This document shows, in pieces, positions 53,374 through 60,802 of a stretch of DNA of 64,000 nucleotides. Numbering within the stretch: position 1 is the stretch's first letter; every line of letters begins with the position of its first letter. The stretch is taken from NCBI GenBank assembly GCA_016906335.1, contig JADEYG010000009.1:1116001-1180000 (forward strand). The letters run 5' to 3'. The notes beneath the pieces were generated by a model, which saw only the letters and a program-made list of their open reading frames with translations, ran no database searches and was not told where the DNA came from. A program made the translations under genes and the position numbers. This DNA is from Novakomyces olei (taxonomy: Eukaryota).

Positions 53374-53872
53374 AGTTGCTGCGCTTTATTTTCTAAGCCT
53401 ACTAAGCTTCATTCGCGAGCAAAATTGACATAAGAGGGGTTAGAGTGGAATTTCTCTTGCTGAAGATCAGATAGGCATGGTTCTTGAGAAACCCCGATAG
53501 ATTTTAATTTAACAGACGCCTTCTGCGCGCTTGAGTCTAGAGAAGCTTCTCTCTAATTTTCAAGGTTAAGAGCGCTTTTCTCCTTTAGACTTGTGGAATA
53601 TTTATTTTTTTTTGATTATTCCAATGAAGTTGTGTACATGTTTGGGCAAACGATATTTTATACATGAGTTTATTTCGACCTTAATTATTTCATTCTTTTT
53701 GGCAATACAGCGGTTTTGTGTCTACTGACTCTAATAAAATGACCTCTTTTTTTATATACATATTTAAACATAGTTGTATATATTCACAATGACAAGTATA
53801 ATTATAGGAATATGTCAAGCTTGGACGTCACAGAAAAAGAACAGCAAGGCTGGCTACAGAAAAGAGGAGGAA

Positions 53873-54058
53873 TGGCTGGAGTGGCTGGAGTGGCTGGAGT
53901 GGCTGGAGTGGCTGGAGTGGCTGGAGTGGCTGGAGTGGCTGGAGTGGCTGGAGTGGCTGGAGTGGCTGGAGTGGCTGGAGTGGCTGGAGTGGCTGGAGTG
54001 GCTGGAGTGGCTGGAGTGGCTGGAGTGGCTGGAGTGGCTGGAGTGGCTGGAGTGGCTG
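53873..54058. repeat. 9-bp minisatellite TGGCTGGAG, about 20 copies, inside the family A LTR
   Basis: Directly visible perfect array. Confidence 0.97.
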
Positions 54059-55241
54059 AAACTGAGTACAAAGAGGCTTGCGCTACCAAAGTGTAACTCG
54101 GTGGCTGGAACCAAAGAAACTATATAGTACAGCGTCAGTAGACTTAGAAAAGTAGCTAAAAGGAGATACAACACTATTCTTTACAACAAGCCAAATTAAA
54201 TTTCTACAGATTAAGAGTCTGAGTTCAGTCAATATGAGCAAACTCGGGATATTACTCAAGCTCCACGGGCAGGCAGACCTGCCGTACCTCGCAATTCCGC
54301 GATTGGGGAATTTAATCGAGTTTCCCCAATGGAAACAGAAATTGTCGGAGGTGTTGACCACGTACGGGCTTCAGCACGTCATGCCCGATTACAAGGGAGA
54401 AAAAGCTGCGACCGAGGATGTGGCTTACCAGTCAACGATGGCCATACTTCTGCTTACACTAAAGGAAGCTATCTCTGTGCCAGTACTTGACGGACGACCT
54501 GTGCCAAAAGGCGCCAAATCCGGAAATTCTGTTGGCAAATGTCAGCAACGCATTTCAGGAACGAAAATACCGCCTTTTAGTCCAAGTCAGTAGCGAGCTG
54601 TATGGACTAAAAGCACAGAGCTTGGGGGAGGTGGCAGGACTCCACACAAAATTTAATAGTCTGGTCACCAGCTTGGGAGAGCTGCGAAACGACCTTTGTC
54701 AAGAGGAAGTTCTCCAAATTTATCTCAACATGATACGAAATTGCAACTCTTTGAATTCGGAAATTCGTGTTTGGGAACGAGCAAAAAAAGTCCTTCTGAA
54801 GGATATACAAGAAATTGTCGTTGAAGCTACGCAAAGCCACGGCGAAAGCGCCGAAACTGCGCTGACAACGTTCCGCGCCTCTACTTGTCATTACTGCAAA
54901 AAAAGAGGCCATACAGAGGAACGCTGCAGACTTAAAAATAATACTTGTTTTGTCTGTGGAGCAAAGGGCCATTTTAAAAATAATTGTCCTAAAGCAACAA
55001 AACAGATGAATAGTAATAAACTCGGTGAACAATTTTATCAGGATGCCTTTATTAATGCCGTTACACCAAACACCATTAATAAAAATTGGATTCTCGATTG
55101 TGGTGCGTCGCAACACATGACTTATAATAAAACCGACTCAACCAATTTTAAAAAATACAATAGCCATGAAAATCATTTTGTCATAGCTGCCGGAAAAGAA
55201 AAGTTGAGAGTACTGGGCAGTGGGGATATTTCACTTACGAC

Positions 55242-58200
55242 TGTTGAATCTATAATTTCGAACGTGTTAATTTGAAACGTGTTGTATTCAATTTCGTTAG
55301 CCAACATAGTTCTATCTAGATCTATTTATAGTCTTCTCAATGACAGTCACAATTACCAGGGTAAACTTCATTTTTTTTTTCTAAGTAATCAGCTGCTGCA
55401 CAAGCTTGATATACTTTCCTATACTCCCTCTCAAGCTTGTAATGATTCAATTCTAGAGTCCCCTTTCACCAGTTTTTGTCGCAAATGTATAAAAATCTTT
55501 TTACACAAAGGCTTTGTTAAAATATCCGCAAGCTGTTCTTTTGTAGATATATAATCAACAATTACTGTGCCGTTTTCCGTTAAATTGCGCAAAAACATAT
55601 ATCGTACATCAAGGTGCTTTAGTCGTCTCATTGGGCTTGTTTTATGCGCAATACAAATTGCGCTTTTGTTGTCGGAGCAAACACGAATTGGAGACTCAAT
55701 TTTTAAAAGCTCCTTGGCCAGGTTGTAGAGACCTAATGTATGCACAATCGCCGTACAAGCACTTATATATTCAGCCTCGCATGTCGATAACGCAACAACT
55801 TTTTGTTTTGTTGACATCCAATGAATTAATGAATTACCCAGAAACAATGCCATTCCCGAAGTGGATTTCCTTTCGTCTCTATCACTTGCGTAGTCGGCAT
55901 CGCAATAAACTTTCATGACTGGTTCAACCGAATTGCTTTGATATTCCAGTCCCTTGTCTTTTGTATCCCTTAAATAAGCCGTGATACATTGAACCAGTTC
56001 GAGACATTCATCTGTAGGCTTTTCTTGATATCTTGCTGCGTGGGATACAGCGAAGGATATATCTGGCCGAGTGCATCTGCTTATCCAAAGTAGCATGCCA
56101 ATCCATTTGCGGTACTTTTCATTGTTTATAGGTTTCCCATTCAATTCCACGTAATTCCTTATGGGAATTCGTTTTTTAGGCAAGTCGTAGCAATCGAATT
56201 CTTTAATTATTTTTGTAATTGCTGCCTTCTGACTTATTTTCAAATTTCCAATTTTCTGATCATAACAAAATTCCATCCCAAGAAATTGATGAATCTCACC
56301 CAAATCTTTGACCTTAAATGCTCTTTGTAATTTTTCCTTTGTTCGTTTCATTTCATTTAAATTCTCGCCCATAATAATAATGTCATCAACATAAATAAGC
56401 AAAAATAAATTACCTTGGGAGCTGTATAGTATACAGTCTTCGACCTTCGATTCCATAAATCCAATTTCCATTAACACTGTAAAAAGCTTTTTGTACCAAC
56501 ATCTAGGGGCCTGTTTTAAACCGTAGAGCGATCTTTTCAATTTGCATACTTTTCCTGTTCCGTCGTCGAATCCTTCTGGTTGTTTCATATAAACGCATTC
56601 TTCTAATTCGCCGTTTAAGAATGCAGTTGTAACATCCATCTGATGAATATTCCATTTTTGCATTGCTCCATAAGCCAGTAAAGTGCGAAATGATTCTAAG
56701 GACATGGTCGGGGCGTATGTCGCTTGATAATCTACTCCCTCACGCTGACCAAATCCCTTTGCAACCAATCGTGCTCGGTAACGTCCAACTTCCCCATCAA
56801 CATTTGCTTTAGCTTTAAAGACCCATCGATTTCCAATGACATTAGCTCCCTCTGGCGCGCTCACTAGTACCCAAGCGTCATTTTCTTTCATTGCGTCCAA
56901 TTCTGTCTTCATCGCTAATTCCCATTCTGATGCTTGCACGCTTTCTCTAGCTTGTTTCGTATTTGTAGGCTCAATTATACTGTCAATACTAATATGCGCA
57001 TGATCGTATGGTCCTGGCAAACTACGTATTCGGGTTGAGCGTCTTTTACCATCGTCGGTCCATTTAGTTCCAAGCTCCTCCGTTTGCAATTCGGATAATT
57101 CAGAATTGTCATTAATTTTTGGACTCATATTTTCTAGAGTATCTTCAAAACTTTGTTCCGATGCGTCCGAATAATTTTCAATTTCCTCGTCAATTTGCTC
57201 GTCAATTTGCTCGTCATTTTGCTCGTCATTTTGCTCGTTATTTTCCTCGTTATTTTCCTCGTTATTTTCAATTTGTATACCCTGCTGAAATTCAGACACA
57301 TTTGACTGTTGCAAATTATTGACAGTAGAAATATCATTTCCAAGTGCTGGAATAAATGTTGTATTTTCAGAGCTGTTGATGGATTTATTTTCCACAGTTT
57401 CATAAAATTCTGTTTCTTTAAATATTACATCCCTTGAAACAACAATTTTGTTCCTTGACGTATTCCAAAGTCGATAAGCTTTAGCATTGGATTGATACCC
57501 TACAAAGATATGGGGTTCACTTCTAGCATCCAATTTTCTTATATCGTTATGTTTGTTCAGGACATATGCAATGCATCCAAACACTCTCAAATGATCTAAT
57601 AACGGAGGCTTTCCAAATATCATCTCATATGGTGTTTTATTAATTATTCTGCTTGGGCTCCGATTTTTCAAATACACACAGGCATTGACCGCCTCATCCC
57701 ATAGCTTTTGTGGAGTCTTCCTTTGAATCATTGTAGACCTGACCCTGTCAAGAATTGTTCTATTCGCCCTTTCTGCAACTCCATTTTGCTGCGGCGTATA
57801 AGGTGCGGATTTTTCATGAACAATGCCATTTTCGTTTGTAAACTTTTCGAAAGATTTATTAATATACTCGCCTCCATTGTCACTCCGAAATCTTTTGACC
57901 TTAATTCCAAATTGCGTGTAAATCATTTTGATCAAATTCTGAAAACAATCATTCACTTCGAATTTATAATTGATTGTGTTGACAAAAGTGTACCCACTGT
58001 TATCATCAATAAAAGTGACAAAATAACGATGACCAAGCGCTGATACTGGAAACGGCCCACAAACATCACTGTGCAATAATTCAAATTTGTCGGTTGCTCT
58101 CATTCGTCCTTCTGGGAATGGCTGGCGCGCCATTTTTCCTTCAATGCAACTTTCACAACCAACATTTAAGTTGCTTCTATTAACTTCGTGTTGTATTTTC

Positions 58201-59750
58201 CCAGCACCAAGTCCTTTGGCGAGTTCAACCATATATCTCTCATTTAAATGCATTAATCGTTCATGCCAAAGATTTTGTCTGTCCTTTTTTGTAGCATATA
58301 GTGCAAGCATCTTTTTTTTAGGGGCATGGTCAACAGTTTTTGTATCAACAGGATACAAATTATTTTCTTTATCAAAGTCTCCAAGCTTTCTTCCAGTTGT
58401 GTCATAAAGTACAGCTTTGCCTTCTGTGAAATAAACCGATATATGCTCATTATCGAGTGCGCCAAGTGAGATTAAATTGAAACCAAGCGATGGTACCCAC
58501 AAGACATTTTTCAATAAAACTTGGTTATCCTCAGACAAATTTAAACTTATATTTCCGTATCCCAATGCTCTTAATTTTTCTTTTCCCGCAGCAAGTACAA
58601 AATGATGTTCATCACTATTATAACGTTTTAGATTGGTGAAGGCCAATTTATTGTCCGTCATGTGCTGCGATGCTCCACAGTCAAGAATCCATTTTGTGCT
58701 GATACTTTTGGAAATACTTGAAGACTTTATAAATGCCACACGATAGTAATGTTCAGACAATTTATTACTATCAGTTCTTCTCAAATTTTTGTCACAGTCC
58801 GCTCTGAAATGACCTTTCTCACCACAAATAAAACAGCTGCGATTTTTGAATCTGCAGTTAGTTTCGGTATGACCCTTTTTCTTGCAATATTTGCATATCG
58901 CAACACGAGAGGCTGCCAACGCCATTTCCGAGCTTAAGTTATCTCCATTATCTCCTAGCATTGCTTCAAGTACAATTTCTTGTACTTCTTTGAGATTAAT
59001 ATTCTTCGAACGCTCCCAGATACGTATCTCACTTTTGAGCGACTCGCAACCTTTTATCATATTTAGGTATATTTGACAAACTTCTTCAGCATGTAGGTCC
59101 TTTCGCAACTCGCGTAAACTCAGGATGAGACTGTTAAATCGTGTATTCAGTTCCGCAATTTGTCCCAAACCTTGTGTATGCAGTCCATACAGTTCGCCTG
59201 TAACTTGAACGATTAAGCGGTATCTTCTATCCAAGAAGACGGCATCAATGCTGGAGAGCAGTGATTTCGGTGTCAATGCCTTTTGACAAACATCGTCAAG
59301 GACTGGAACCGAAATTATCTCCTTAAGAGTAAGGAGAAGCATAGCCGACGTAGATTTGTAGCCGATATCGTCGGTAAAATTCCCTTCAACTGAGGCATTT
59401 GGCATCACGTGTGCCAGTCCGTAAGTCTCAAGAATTCCGCCCAATTTCGATTTCCACTGAGGATACTCGATCAAGTTAGTCAACCTTGGAATAACCAGGA
59501 ACGGCAAATCTCCATTTCCATGAGGTTTGAAAACCACTCCCGTGCTGCTCATGTTTCAGACTCTTAATCTGTTGAATCTATAATTTCGAACGTGTTAATT
59601 TGAAACGTGTTGTATTCAATTTCGTTAGCCAACATAGTTCTATCTAGATCTATTTATAGTCTTCTCAATGACAGTCACAATTACCAGGGTAAACTTCATT
59701 TTTTTTTCTAAGTAATCAGCTGCTGCACAAGCTTGATATACTTTCCTATA
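55242..59750 (-). mobile_element. intact Ty1/copia (Ty5-like) LTR retrotransposon, family B: 5' LTR 59750-59570, PBS 59569-59556, PPT ~55432-55424, 3' LTR 55423-55242, TSD ACGAC
   Basis: LTRs are identical except one T in a homopolymer; ACGAC at 55237-55241 and 59751-59755. Confidence 0.97.
55431..59552 (-). CDS. single-ORF Gag-Pol polyprotein (Gag/2xCCHC-PR-IN-RT-RNase H), 1373 aa
   Basis: WILDCGA, HHCC, HSDVCGP/SDNGGEY/NGVAERANR, HQMDVTTAFLNG, YVDD and YCDADYA...LADILTK in copia domain order. Confidence 0.97.
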   Translation of the reverse strand: MSSTGVVFKPHGNGDLPFLVIPRLTNLIEYPQWKSKLGGILETYGLAHVMPNASVEGNFTDDIGYKSTSAMLLLTLKEIISVPVLDDVCQKALTPKSLLSSIDAVFLDRRYRLIVQVTGELYGLHTQGLGQIAELNTRFNSLILSLRELRKDLHAEEVCQIYLNMIKGCESLKSEIRIWERSKNINLKEVQEIVLEAMLGDNGDNLSSEMALAASRVAICKYCKKKGHTETNCRFKNRSCFICGEKGHFRADCDKNLRRTDSNKLSEHYYRVAFIKSSSISKSISTKWILDCGASQHMTDNKLAFTNLKRYNSDEHHFVLAAGKEKLRALGYGNISLNLSEDNQVLLKNVLWVPSLGFNLISLGALDNEHISVYFTEGKAVLYDTTGRKLGDFDKENNLYPVDTKTVDHAPKKKMLALYATKKDRQNLWHERLMHLNERYMVELAKGLGAGKIQHEVNRSNLNVGCESCIEGKMARQPFPEGRMRATDKFELLHSDVCGPFPVSALGHRYFVTFIDDNSGYTFVNTINYKFEVNDCFQNLIKMIYTQFGIKVKRFRSDNGGEYINKSFEKFTNENGIVHEKSAPYTPQQNGVAERANRTILDRVRSTMIQRKTPQKLWDEAVNACVYLKNRSPSRIINKTPYEMIFGKPPLLDHLRVFGCIAYVLNKHNDIRKLDARSEPHIFVGYQSNAKAYRLWNTSRNKIVVSRDVIFKETEFYETVENKSINSSENTTFIPALGNDISTVNNLQQSNVSEFQQGIQIENNEENNEENNEQNDEQNDEQIDEQIDEEIENYSDASEQSFEDTLENMSPKINDNSELSELQTEELGTKWTDDGKRRSTRIRSLPGPYDHAHISIDSIIEPTNTKQARESVQASEWELAMKTELDAMKENDAWVLVSAPEGANVIGNRWVFKAKANVDGEVGRYRARLVAKGFGQREGVDYQATYAPTMSLESFRTLLAYGAMQKWNIHQMDVTTAFLNGELEECVYMKQPEGFDDGTGKVCKLKRSLYGLKQAPRCWYKKLFTVLMEIGFMESKVEDCILYSSQGNLFLLIYVDDIIIMGENLNEMKRTKEKLQRAFKVKDLGEIHQFLGMEFCYDQKIGNLKISQKAAITKIIKEFDCYDLPKKRIPIRNYVELNGKPINNEKYRKWIGMLLWISRCTRPDISFAVSHAARYQEKPTDECLELVQCITAYLRDTKDKGLEYQSNSVEPVMKVYCDADYASDRDERKSTSGMALFLGNSLIHWMSTKQKVVALSTCEAEYISACTAIVHTLGLYNLAKELLKIESPIRVCSDNKSAICIAHKTSPMRRLKHLDVRYMFLRNLTENGTVIVDYISTKEQLADILTKPLCKKIFIHLRQKLVKGDSRIESLQA

Positions 59751-60352
59751 ACGACGTCCCAAAACAAACAATTTATTTTGAAAAATGTGCTGTGGGTTCC
59801 CCAACTGGGGTACAATTTAATTTCACTTGGCGCATTAGACACAGAATTAATTTCTGTCACATTTGATAATGGAAAAGCTACACTGTTTAAGACACAGAAT
59901 AAAGAAGTGCTTGAAACATTTGAGAAAGAAAATAACCTTTATCCCCTTCGGACAAAACAAATTGGTTATATTGCAGAAAACAAAGCTCTTGCGATAAGTG
60001 TTCCTGAGAAACAAAAATTATGGCACGACCGCTTAATGCACTTGAACGAAAATTATATGATAAAACTCGCTAAAGGCCTTGGAGCAGGAAAAATACAACA
60101 AGACCTTGACAAGACAAATATAAAAGTTAAATGCGAAAGTTGTATCAAAGGAAAAATGGCACGCCAACCATTTCCAGAAGGACGCCTAAGAGCAGAAACA
60201 AAGTTTGAATTACTGCACAGTGATGTATGTGGACCATTTCCAGTTTCAGCTTCAGGGAAATGTTACTTTGTTACGTTGATTGATGATTTAACCGGATATA
60301 CATTTTTATTCACAATCGCCAATAAATTTGACGTTAACAATTGCATACAAAA

Positions 60353-60473
60353 TATTTATAGACATTTTCCCCACTGTTGGTTTTGTGTGTTCATTAGAGT
60401 TGCTTTGAAATGTGTCAAGAGTAGAAAACAAAATTGAGCAGGTTTGCAGTCAATCAGAAAACACACTACAACA
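60353..60473. mobile_element. truncated LTR, family C-like
   Basis: Aligns by eye with 60660-60802 (TATTTATA...TTTCCCC...CAAGAGT...AAAATTGAG.AGGTT...CAATCAGAAAACAC..TACAACA). Confidence 0.7.
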
Positions 60474-60599
60474 AATCCACCTGAAAAGGCAAATTGCTTT
60501 ATAACAGATGGGTTTAAAAAATCAAGACCAAAACAGAAGACACCATCGACAGATACAGATCATGATTGGTTGCAAGAGGTTTTAGTCAACAGGAAGGGA
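60474..60599 (+). pseudogene. degenerate copia RT N-terminal fragment
   Basis: PPEKAN...RWV.KIKTKTEDTIDRYRS*LVARGFSQQEG with frameshift and stop. Confidence 0.75.
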
Positions 60600-60802
60600 T
60601 GTAGTTGTGAGCAATTTATGATTGTTAATATTGTTAATTAATTTGTTGCTCGACTATTTATTTATATACGTTTCCCCCTCTGTGGCTTAGATGTATTTAT
60701 CAGAGTATTTTGAGAATGTACCAAGAGTAGTTTGGGAATGTGCCAAGAGTGCGATAAGAAAATTGAGTAGGTTGGCACCCAATCAGAAAACACGTTACAA
60801 CA
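60600..60802. mobile_element. LTR, family C (TGTAG...CAACA), no matching TSD
   Basis: TG...CA ends, interrupts RT coding sequence on both sides; flanks AGGGA and CATAG differ. Confidence 0.7.

Larger units (their letters stand above)
53803..60352 (+). mobile_element. Ty1/copia element family A (host): 5' LTR 53803-54208, PBS 54209-54222, gag-PR 54234-55241, resumes 59756-~60352 (PR/GAG-pre-integrase/IN), then truncated
   Basis: Two CCHC knuckles, WILDCGASQHM, WHDRLMH...CESC, HSDVCGP. A 4-bp GACG duplication at 54489-54496 frameshifts gag. The frame continues across the nested insertion. Confidence 0.9.

Noticed and set aside
52900-53620. Possible decayed coding sequence on the minus strand around the solo LTR
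   Set aside because: Multiple stops and no recognisable motif; cannot be distinguished from random sequence by eye.
53873-54058. Possible CRISPR-like array
   Set aside because: No spacers, eukaryotic context and no cas genes.
53774-54174. ORFs encoding (EWL)n, (ATP)n, (AGV)n and (SSH)n
   Set aside because: Stop-free translations of the 9-bp LTR minisatellite.
54489-54496. Programmed gag frameshift in family A
   Set aside because: It is a simple GACG duplication in mid-gag, and the intact relative reads through in one frame, so it is an inactivating mutation.
59556-59571. Possible tRNA-Lys gene
   Set aside because: Only the anticodon arm is present, with no D arm, T arm or acceptor stem; it is the PBS.
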